NCBI GenBank assembly: GCA_016748015.1
Contig: JAAOMT010000088.1
Span: 279,663-343,662, forward strand
DNA length: 64,000 nt
Direction: 5' to 3'
From: Geosiphon pyriformis uo1
Taxonomy: Eukaryota; Fungi; Glomeromycota
Below are positions 24,486 through 35,299 of the stretch, piece by piece (position 1 is the first letter of the stretch; every line of letters starts with the position of its first letter). Below the pieces are notes generated by a model that was not told the origin of the DNA, made no database searches, and was given only the letters and a program-made list of their open reading frames with translations. A program made the position numbers and the translations under genes.

Positions 24486-27400
24486 CTAAATTACCATTAA
24501 ATCACCATCTTTATCTATTTCCGTTGTTGAAACTGGATCAGCTATAATTTCGTGCTGCGATGTCCCCTCATCTTTCTCACCATCTTTATCTATTTCAGTT
24601 GTTGAAACTGGATCAACAATAATTTCATGCTGCAATGTCCCCTCATCATTCTCACCATCTTGTGTACCAATGACCATTATCTCAGAATGATTATTTTTAT
24701 GTTTTTGGACCTGCAAATATAATGGAGCTTATTGGTGAGGTCCTTCCACAAAATAGGCAATTGTAGACGTGAATCATGCGTTTTCAACACGTGAACAGCC
24801 AGCCGGACTTATTAATTCAAAGTCAAAAATTCTTTATTTCACCTACCTCCTCTTTTTCGGTGAAATTCAAAAGTGTTGATTGTTTTTTGTTTCTGTCCTT
24901 CTCGACTTTAAACATAAATTTGATTTAGATTTGAAACCTTATTCACATTTTTAATGCCACAAGTTGTGAACTAAACTTACCAATGGCGTTGAGCGGTGGG
25001 TTCAAAATCGGTTCTTTGACCTTATGGGAAGCAAAAGGATTGAACCCTGAAACATCCATGGATGACATTTTAGCAAATGGGTTGGCCTCTAAAACCCAAT
25101 TGAAAATTGATTAAATATTCAAATTCTCGAAATTTAATAAATAAGCCTTATTTAGATCTCACTTTTGAGTTTGGAATTCTTTGGAATGGATTTTCCTTTG
25201 GATGATTTTTGCGACAAGGTGGATTCGATCTCCAGAATATCTTCCGCTTCCAAGACTTCGGCACTCCTTTTTTTGATTTGAGACTGAGGCTTCTCATCTT
25301 CAATAGTGGAAGATATGGTACCAATATTGAAATCATTACCCTCCAATGGTCTATATTTTTGCAGTGCAATTAGTGAAAAAACCCCTCAGTTGTTCTAAGG
25401 CAATAAACTCAATTAGCCTATATTTACTTGGAGCCCGAAGAGACTATGGCCGTAATCTCTACTTTTTGATTAGAAGGGGTTGTCTTTGGAGTTTTGATCA
25501 TAGATTGTTGCAAAGGTTCAAGGGAATTTTCTTGAATTTGTTCGCGAACTAATTTCTTTTTGGATAGTGAACAAGATGGTTTTATCAATTGAAGTTTTGA
25601 TAAATTTTCATCAAGAATCATTATAAGTACTTCTTTCACTGTTGTAATTCTTTCCGCCAATTTATATTGATTTTTGTGTTGAGCAAGCATTATAGCTGCT
25701 TCGACACCTTTGATCGTGCTCAGCGTTTTTGATAAATAAAAGGCCCGTTCGAACCATTCTTCTTTTAACATTTCCTAGGACATTTATATGAACGAAAAAA
25801 TTAAACGAGCGAAATCAAAAATCTTGCCATTAAAATAAACCAGAATGATTAAATACATTGATCAGCTGTAATATCAATTTATCCATCTCGTTTTGCTTTT
25901 TCATGAATTCATTTGTACTTTTATGAAGTTGATCTTTAGCTTTAGTTTCTGCATATTCGAAATTAGTCATGAGCCTAGTTCGTAAGATCCTAAATTTTTA
26001 CAAATTCAAAGGCTATTAAAACACTGAAAAATAGTTTAATCAAACAGTCGCTTGTTAATTTGACACCCACTTCTCTTCCAACTGATGTGAAGTCTTTTCA
26101 AGATTAAAAAGAGGAATTTGAAAGGCAACTTCATCAACGGGCTTCGAGGGGAAAGAAGGATATAGCTGCCCTTTCTAAAAAATGGTTTGAATATGAAAAT
26201 TTTTTCAGACAAATTTAACTAAATAATTGATAATGAATCTCTTGCCTCGCATTTCAAGCACATTAGGTATTGATCCATTATACCAATTGGCCAATAATTC
26301 AATTCTTTTCCTTTTTCTTGGACTTGTTGTAATATCTTTGTGTCCAGCATTGGTACCCATCTTCCTTGATTTGATTTGCGTCCCTGATCAAGTACGCAAA
26401 GCAATCCTTCAGAGTCATATATAGCTGGAAACTTAAAGAGATAATAAGGTTTCGTGCTTAGTGTAGATTTTATTTGAGAAACATTGATAGAAATAACGAG
26501 GACACAATTTTACCCCTTGTTTGGAGAATCCAACCCACTTTAATGTCGATTTTAATGAAATTGGCAAGGGTCCCGCTTGAATATTATCGTATGTCTTGGC
26601 ATGATATAATTTGTACCCAAGATTCTGCGAACCTAAACACATATAAAATTATGGAATGGGAAGCCCCAAAATTAAAGGTTCGAGACTTACCTTCAATTCC
26701 TGGTCCCAAATGACACACAAAGAGGACTAGATCATCATGCGCGCTGATGCATACAATTGAAGGGAGTTTAAACAAATAAATCTGGACACCACTATTATCG
26801 AAAAATCGTACATATTCTTTGCTGGTAGCTACGATTGGCCCATATGCACTTAGGGCAATGGCTGTGAAATACAAAATTATTATTAGAGGGTGTCAAACCA
26901 AAAAAAATCAACCTCTTACCGGTTATATCCTCATCGAGAGGGAGATTAACTTGCCACTCATTTTTGGTGCCCCAGCTATTAAGAAGTTTAAACCGGAGAG
27001 AACTGGGATTACCATCTCCTGATCGAGCAGCGTGTAATACCCCATTTGGCCCTTTAAAACAACCATTGATATTAGTAGGATTGCACGTGTGGCGGATGAA
27101 AGTGATGCTTGCAAAATTTACCAATACATGACATTGATAAGTTGCAATAATCTTGAAAGTTATATGACTTATTTATTGAACTGTCAATAAATTTAACAGA
27201 TATCGTGGCATAAGTTTCGCTTGATACGGAGGATACAAACCCGTAGAGATTGTAGCCTAAAAGAATATTGATTAAGTCCTAGACTCTGAATCCTTGATAA
27301 TCAAAAAGTACAAAACAATCAAAGACCTAAATAACGATGCTGATTTTGCAAGGGAGTTGCCCCAGGATGGAAGGGCTTTTGTATTTCACTGAGAATATTA

Positions 27401-29281
27401 AACCCTTCATTAATAGGTCTTTTGAGGACATATCCAGCGCCATCGTCATCATCGACAAATTCATCGTCATAATATTCCTTTGCAAGGATATCCTCTAAGC
27501 TTTGATCTAAAACTCACAGATAAGCAAAAGATGAATAGGTCTTATAAGAAGTAATTCTTAATATATTTACCTTTGGCAGGATATTTTTGAGAGTCTATTA
27601 ATTCCGAATCTTCAATTTCGTTTTGTATTTCAATCTCGGAAGATATTTCAGTGTCCGAAAAAGGACTCCAAAAGCGTAAATACCCAATTTCGTCCACCTG
27701 ATTATAATCATTAACAACTAAATAACAGAATGTAGTATGATTTTTTCATTTGTCCATTACTCACATAGCAAATTGTTATCGAAGATTTCCATGTCAACGC
27801 AGTAGCCGGGCTATCTACACGATATCTGTATAAATAATTAAATGTGAATATAAATAATTAGTTTTTCAAAACATTTAATTTTATTATAACAGTAGCATTC
27901 TCATACCGCCATGATGAACTGCATGTTTTAGCGTCCCAAATAGTTATGTGACAATCTAGTCCAGCCGATGCCAAATATCGACCGTTAGGTGACCATTGGA
28001 TCGCGCAAACAGGCTGCGCAGAATTTTGTTATTGGAAAAGAAATATTTTTTTTCAATCAAGGATCTTGAAATTTCGGCCAGAAACACTTACTTCTTTATG
28101 CACATCCTTGAAAGCCGAGTGGTACTTCCATGTTCCTTCAATATACTGTACTTTCAAAATATCTTGAATGATTCCCAAAAAGAAATATATTGTTGTTGAC
28201 ATGGAATTTTGTGGTTGATATAGGACGGAATTTCAAAATTACAAACCATTCGTTTTTCCTGGGATCACAAAATATTTCCCGGAGGGATGCCAAGCAATTG
28301 GAAAAGTCTGTTTATCACTAAAATACCGAGAAATTTTAATTCTAATAGACATTCAAATAAACTCGAAGGCTTATGTGAAATTAATTACTCTGGCTGGGTA
28401 GGTGAAATTGCTCTGAAGATGCTTTTTATTAAGCGTGGCTCACCCAATCGCATATCCCATATTCGTATGATACCATCACAGCTAGAGGAAACCTGCAAAG
28501 CAATAAATATCACGTTAGAAGATACAAGGCATTCTACAGCATTAAGTATAATCTTACCAAATAATTATTTTCAGGATCGAACGTAACACATTTGACGCTC
28601 GACTGGTTATCTTTAACGAGGATAACATCACTTATATTTAAGGTGCTAATGATTGGTATTACATTATTGCTGTGAAGATACATAAAGGAATAAATATGAA
28701 TAATTCATTTATGTAAAAATAAAATAAAAGTTTTAGTAAAAAGCATAGTAGATGATTAAATGAATACAAACTCGGAAGCAATTGCAACTTTGGAGCCATC
28801 TTTGTTAAAAGCTACACAGCGTGAAGGCAGAGTAGACCGATATAAGTCTCTTTCATAATTTTTGTTTTTAATATCACACAATGTCACGCGACAATCATCA
28901 GAAGCGATAACCAATTTTCCTTTCTAAATTATTTTGGTCGAAAATTGATACAAGAGGATTTTAACTTGAATAAACACGTGTTTTGCAGCTTAACAAGAAT
29001 GCATACGTATACTGCGACGCAACGAATTGGCCCGTCATGATGTTCAAAAGTTTTTTTAGGCGGCGAAACATGGCCGTCTTTAACAGGTGGAAACATGCGA
29101 ACAAGGCAGTCACTTCCCCCTGTTATTATAGTGCTAATATATTAAGGGGCAAAAAAAAGTCTCAATTAAAGATTTTGAGACGCGTTTTATTTCTCAGACG
29201 TACGTACTCGGTTTCCTCGGCGTATGTAACGACCGTAAAGCCTGCATTATGCGCCAAAAATTTTTCGGTTTCAGAAACCAT
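24486..29281 (-). CDS. CTF4: Replisome hub Ctf4/Mcl1/AND-1 (WD40 + SepB domain), multi-exon
   Basis: ATG 29281 MVSETEKFLAHNAGFTVVTYAEE; WD40 repeats (SSCDGIIRIWD, AIQWSPNGRYLASAGLDCHITIWD); SepB-type KPFHPGATP...RYL, EWQVNLPLDEDIT|AIALS...VATSKEYVRFF, LKWVGFS, GRWVPMLDT, YWPIG; helical C-terminus. Last exon joins in frame via intron 24846-24711. Confidence 0.92.
24502..24660 (-). repeat. 75-bp (25-codon) in-frame tandem duplication in the last CTF4 exon
   Basis: DGENDEGTLQHEIIVDPVSTTEIDK / DGEKDEGTSQHEIIADPVSTTEIDK / DG. TCACCATCT recurs at 24502, 24577 and 24652. Confidence 0.9.
24734..24807 (-). mobile_element. 74-bp intronic homologue of the LINE 3' UTR element
   Basis: Minus strand 24801-24764 matches 6632-6669 at 33/38 nt, followed by the shared GGACCTCAC. 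Flanked by a 6-bp direct repeat (CTTATT at 24728-24733 and 24808-24813). No poly-A. Confidence 0.75.
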
Positions 29282-29700
29282 CGTGGTTAAACAGTTGTTT
29301 TGAAATTGAGAGAATATGTTCCCTGGTTCATTTATCTTCCTTAACAAAATTATAAAACTCTCGTAGATCATACGCGTAGAGAATGATCAAAACTGTTATC
29401 ATAAAAGGAAATTCTCTTGTATTATGGATTTTACTTCAAATATAATAATAATATGAAACAATTGTGAAAATATTATAATTAATTTTTTAAAATTAAAATT
29501 TTGTTATAAAATAATAATATAAAAAATTATTTAATAACAAATAAAAATCTGTTCAGTTATCTTGTTATGTTATAACTCATTTTGGGTAAGGCTAATTTGT
29601 CCCATTTTTATTGATCAGTGATGTTCCAAGTAGCATCCAAGTAAGAACGCGACTGTACGATAATATCAGATATGAGATTAAAAAAGTAAAGGACGCGAAA
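29180..29700. promoter_or_regulatory. Cluster of MCB/SCB(E2F)-like G1/S motifs around the CTF4 start
   Basis: ACGCGT at 29180-29185 (first intron) and 29372-29377, ACGCGA near 29647, ACGCGAAA at 29693-29700. CTF4 is a G1/S-regulated gene in budding yeast. Confidence 0.5.
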
Positions 29701-29830
29701 GAGACACCCTTCATTAGTCGCCTTCTGTTATTTATCGTGGAATCTGTGAGAAATTATCAACTTTTTTCGGTTTAAGATTGCCGGGAACAGTTTATATATT
29801 GTTTTTGGCATACTTTACTACACCCATCCG

Positions 29831-32281
29831 ATGGCGCGTGGAAATTCGTTTTCCAGATCTTCGACTGCTTCTAAAGAAGAAAAGCCTTGCTCCCAATTTT
29901 ACCACGAAGGCAAGTCCTAGTCATGATTTCAGATTTTCTAAATAAAGAAGAACCACTTGCAGCCACTTGTAACCACGTCTAAAAAGCGATTTTGGGGTTT
30001 TCCAGAATGCTTCAACCCTTCTTCGAAACATACGTTGGTGGATTGGACAGCCACGGAGCCACCCAGTTTCGTGACAATTTGTGAAGTCTCGGTAAAACAT
30101 TTATTTAAAGTTATAAGCTCATAGAGTGGTTGGAATTTCGTGACTAACGATCTATTACTAAAGAAGTTTTTGTTTCAGCAAATCCTGCGTAACAAAATGG
30201 AGAGACAAGAAATCAAAGAGGAAAAAAGCGACTCGTGCATCAATCCATTGCTGTTACAAATGGACAAGTATTATTAACAAAAATTCTTAATCTAGATTGA
30301 TAAACATATTTTTGAAAAAGTTAGAAATTTTACAATTGATATTAATTTCAGCGAAGGAATCGGAACTATTCGCAAGCCTAGTCTGTTCAGTACCCAAGTA
30401 ACCGAAACAGAACAAGATATCATTGATAAGAGAGTTGCGCTTCAACAGCGTCAAGTGAGCTTCAATACTTTAATTGATATCTATTGATCCAGTTATTGAG
30501 TATAAATTCTGCACATTATTTTTCTCACTTCATAAAGTATGCCGAGTTCGAAAGACGTGAACTTGAAAGAAAGTCAACAAAAATTCGCGCTGTCTTCGAA
30601 TTTGTATCAGACGAGGAAATTAAGGAATCACTAAAAGATTGTGAAAATGATGAGGTCAGACATAAAACCCATATTTCTTCTCAAATTTATTGTGCCAAGT
30701 AATTTTGTCCTTGATGGTATCAAAAATTAGGAAGAGGTTATTGTGCGAATGACTCAGCCTGGATACTTGATTCATATTCGCAAAATGATTGCTCAAAAGT
30801 ATCATGGACAACCTTTCAGTAAGTGTTTAGAGCTCTCTTTTTTACATCATCATCATTAATCTGAAGCAAACAAATTGTATTTTGGTGGTATCAAGCAAAT
30901 CACATGTCTGATGAACAGAAGGAAGCTTATGAGCAGCTTTTAAAAAAAAGGAAAGAAACTTTAAGAAAAACTACGGGAGAAAATGCTAAAAAGTGAGTAA
31001 ACCGGTTAAAATTATTTCAAAAAAACTTATTTGCAAAGTTACCACAATGATCTTTCCACAGGCAATACCGAATGAAAGGTCGTCTAGCGTTGGATGATGC
31101 ACTAAAACAAGTTCTAGAAAACAAAAAAGATTTAGAAAAAGCTTTTGAAGGCTGGTCAGAAGCGCGTATTAAAGCATTTAATGCAATCGATTCAAAACCC
31201 AACACTTATTATTATCGATTTAATGCACCGGGCGAAGTGCAGAAAAAGGGACAATGGACTAAGGTATATCCTCATTATTTTATGTTTAACACATTGATTT
31301 TTCGTTGGATCTAAAATATTAAATTATTAATATTGTAGGAAGAAGAAGCATTATTCTTCGCGAGACTTGAAGAAATCGGGTCGGAGGGTCAGTGGGGCAT
31401 ATTTTCAATGGCTATTCCTGGTCGCGTGGGCTATCAGGTAATTTTGAAATTGAATTTAATGTTTCTCGCTGGTTTTTAAAAATTTCCAATACTTCTTTTA
31501 AATCAAGTGCTCGAACTTCTATCGGTTGTTGATTGAAACCGGCCGTCTCGAAGATCCTAACTATGTGCTTGACGAAAAAGGCAAAGCCCATTACCTTTTC
31601 AGCACTAAAAACAAGGTCACCGGAGAAACCGAGAAGACCTTTCGAACTCATAGTAAACATGGTGGTGGGTCTGCTCCCCGCCCTTCAAGACCTTCGCCGT
31701 CTAAGACAACTTCAAGATCCAACCCGGTGAAAAAAAGGCGTAAGAAAAGCAGCCGCTTTAATAGCGATGATGATTCTGCTGAAGAAGATTTTGACTTTGA
31801 TGATTCTGGCAGTTATACGCTCAAGTCATGGAGTGGAACAAAACGCTCGATAACCCGTTCATCTGGGATTAAGGATATCGAGATGTATGATATTATCGAA
31901 GAGGACTCGAATCCACTTCCAGGCTTTGTTGATCCCATTACTTTGGAAGAGGTTATAAAGCCAGCTATCTCTCCATACGGACATGTGATGGGGTGAGTAT
32001 TAAAACCTTAATTTCCGTGAAAGTAATAGCTAAAATTTATATTTTTTGCATCAAAGCTATGATAGTTGGGTCCGTTGTTTATGTTCTGATACCCAAAAGA
32101 ACATTTGCCCATTAACAAAAAAGCCTTTAAACAAGCGTGAACTTATTATACTGACCAAAGACAACATAGAACAATACCGGTAAATTTTATTTTCTCGAAG
32201 AATTCGTTCTATGCTACAAACAATGGAGATTAATGCAAATTTTGCCTTTATAGTAATCAGGTTGTAAATAAAGGTGATTAA
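29831..32281 (+). CDS. Uncharacterised Myb/SANT-like + C-terminal U-box/RING-like protein (5' end uncertain; alternative ATG 30197)
   Basis: Spliced product contains FEGWSEARIKAF...NTYYYRFNAPGEVQKKGQWTK|EEEALFFARLEEIGSEGQWGIFSMAIPGRVGYQ|CSNFYR (Myb/SANT) and LPGFVDPITLEEVIKPAISPYGHVMG|YDSWVRCL...CPLTKKPL (U-box-like). TAA at 32279-32281. I could not join the ATG 29831 exon in phase. Confidence 0.8.
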
Positions 32282-33436
32282 AGAAAACGACGGTCAAAAC
32301 CAGTTGTCCCTATGTATAGAGGTTTAAATTCCTCTTGCTCATTCTCGAGATCACAATGAGTGTATTAATAAAAATCGGCATCTTGCGTCGAGATTGTATT
32401 AAAATTTCATTACAATGGCCTATGAACGGTAAGTTTTTATTGGATGACTCACTTTCGACTCATTTTATCATTGATTAAAGTCAAGGCAAATTATATTGAT
32501 CCATCAGAATTTGAAGCAATGAAAAGTTTAGATATTGGTCTTTTGTTCGAGCATTTGTTATTCAGATAAATAATACGAATTATGTCACTTGTACAAAATT
32601 GATTTGAAATATTAAAATTTTTAGACATATTCATTTAAAAATAATAACTAATCAATTATATTTATTCCAAAAATATGAAATATTGATTTTTTTGAATGTT
32701 TTTTTTAATAATTAATTTATATATGTTTTTTTCTGCAACATTTTATTATTATTTTAAATTATTTTAAATAATAATTAATTTAATACAATTTGTTTAATTT
32801 TTTTATTTATTTAACAACTTATTTTTAAAAACAATAATGTAAAATAAATTTAAATAACTTATACAAAGAATAATTTTTATTTTTTTGTATTTTTATAATC
32901 ATATTTAAAGTAAAAAATAAAAAAAAACCCTTATTTTTTTAGTGTTTTTAATAATACAATCACTTAAAAAATTTTTTAACTATAAAAACAATTTGATAAT
33001 ACTTAATAAAAATGTTTTTTTTAAGTAATAAAACATAAAACACTTAATTACTAAAAAACATTATTATTATTATTATTTTTATTATTTTTATAAGAAAATT
33101 TAAAAAGCAAACTTATTTAAAATTAAGATTTTAATATTCAGTTTAGTTTGGTTCAAGTTCAATCAAATTACTAAACTAAACTGAATTCAAACAGAAAATT
33201 TGGCAAAATTTCAAACTTAAACTTGAATCAAACTTAAAATTACTAAACTTAAACTAAATCTAAACATATATAACAAGTTTGGTTTAAGTTTGATTTAAAA
33301 TTTAGAAACTTCTTTCTCTCTTATCTCCTAAAATCCTCAAAAAGCGTATTTCAAAAGAAGTTTTTTCTGCTATTTCATACTGTCTTCCATTACTTTACAA
33401 GAAACAAATCCTTTTGTTGTTGACCTGGCTGCTTCC

Positions 33437-35299
33437 ATGAGTGGTACTGATGCTAAAAAAAAGTCATCCAGAGTTCTAACTTCTGGTTCAGTTAGTAGTG
33501 GTTCAAGTCATAAGGTCAAGAAACCTCCTGGTAGTGCTAAGCTATCAAGTAATAGTGTGGCTCTCAAAGATAGTGGATCTGGTCAAGTGATTGGGCAGTT
33601 TAATAGCATGGATACTGAAGGGGAGGCTTCCAAAGGTGAAGAAGTATTCGATTCCAAGATGAATACACCCCAAGCCAAGCGTTTCAATAATGGTGTGATT
33701 GTTGGCTCCTCCCTCGGCTCTATTAATTTTGACATGGAGGAGGAAAAGGAGGTTTCTCTTCCCTCTTGTAGGTCTTTTTCTTTGGATAAGATGTGGATTG
33801 ATCCCAAAATCATTAAAACTCAAGTAAAAGTGGCTGTAAAAAAATCTTTTGCTTTGGACATCAATCTTTCAGCTGTGGAAAAGAAATTGGCAACGGCTAA
33901 AACTCATGTCATAAGAAAATTATTTTCAAGAATTAATGGTTTTGGGGGGGCCACTACCCCTTCAAAATTTGAAGGGATCATCAGATCTATCTTCACCTCT
34001 GAAGCAAGCATAGAAAAGGCCACCTCATTGGCCAGGGAAAATGACATCATAGTAAACAACAATCTTAAGAAACAAGGAATTAGGTCAGATTGGGCTGTAG
34101 TGATCAAAGAAATTCCCATAGACATGCCAAAAGATATGATTGTCACCGCAGTGTCTAAATTTGGAGAAATTAAATCAATCAAAATTCAGCTGATCGGCAT
34201 ATGGCAGAAAGCTGTGGTAGAATTCGCCGAACCAGGACAGGCAGAGCAATTGGCTTCAAAATAGTCTTTCTTAATTGGGAAAGATTCTGTGTGTGTGGCA
34301 AAAGCCATGGAAGATTGTGAGACATGGGTTTTTAGGGATCAATTCAGGGTGCTTTTGTTCACATTGCCAATTGGAATGACAGTTCATGATCTTGGAACTC
34401 TTTTGGAAGGGACTGGTGGGAAAACTTGTGTCATCAATTGTTTATTGAAGACTGGTAATAGAACTCGCTGTGCTGTAGTTTGTTTTGAATCTGATGAAGC
34501 TATGGAGTTAGCTTTTCACATGGAGCCAATCTTTGGTAGTGTGAAACTCTTATGGGTTAGGTTGGATTTAGTTCATTGTGAACAGTGTGAGAAATTTGGT
34601 CATTCTGCCTTGGAATGTGATGCTGAGGTTGTGTCAGCTTCTCAGTCACCCAAGTCATTTAAAAAGCCTGCTAACTTGGATACTTGTCTCCAGCTGGCCA
34701 AATTATATGCTAAAAAGAAGGTTCTGATCTCTCATTCTGTTGCTTTTGGAGGCAAATCCTGGGCCCAAGTGGTCTCAGTTGCTTTAGTCTCTTATGGTTC
34801 TCGTGATGGTTCTGGTTCTGGTTCTCTGTCCTTTGGTGCTTCAAGTTCTGGTAGTACCTCTCCCCCTCTTTCTATGGTCGATTCCCCCTTGGGTACACAT
34901 TTAGCACATCTGGAATGCTCTGTAGAGCTTTTATCTGATCAAATTTCAAACATTTTTCTTTGTTTTGACAATCTTAGTTTGGTGTCTTCAGCTCCTCCTT
35001 CTAGTGTGATTCTTTCTGTGAGTACTTCTCACTCATCCATCTCTGATTCTCTTATGGTTGATGACTCTGACTTGGGTTCCAACATGGTGTTAGATGTTCC
35101 TTTGATTCAGCCTATTTCTCTCTCTTCTGGCAATGACAATTCTCAATTGGGTCTGAACAGTTCCAAGGTGCCAACTTCTAAAATTGGCATTTTAAAGTCG
35201 AAGTTGGCTGCCTTCAATGTCTCCATTGGCTCGATTTTGGCAAAGTTAGAGCAGATGTGTGCTGGTTTGGGTCCTCTGGTCTTTTCCTCGTCTCAATGA
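33437..35299 (+). pseudogene. LINE ORF1 (two RRM-like domains + CCHC knuckle), one internal stop
   Basis: VVIKEIPIDMPKDMIVTAVSKFGEIKSIKIQL...KAVVEF; FRVLLFTLPIGMTVHDL...CAVVCF; CEQCEKFGHSALEC. ORFs 33437-34264 and 34289-35299 share a frame across a TAG at 34262. Confidence 0.88.

Noticed and set aside
26227-29303. Plus-strand ORFs overlapping CTF4 (and similar antisense ORFs over MAD1, CLASRP and the LINEs)
   Set aside because: Antisense shadows of real exons, with no domain signal.
31264-31338. ATATCCT near a donor site suggesting a U12-type intron
   Set aside because: The ordinary GT-AG splice gives in-frame WTK|EEE, and there is no U12 branch site or AC acceptor.
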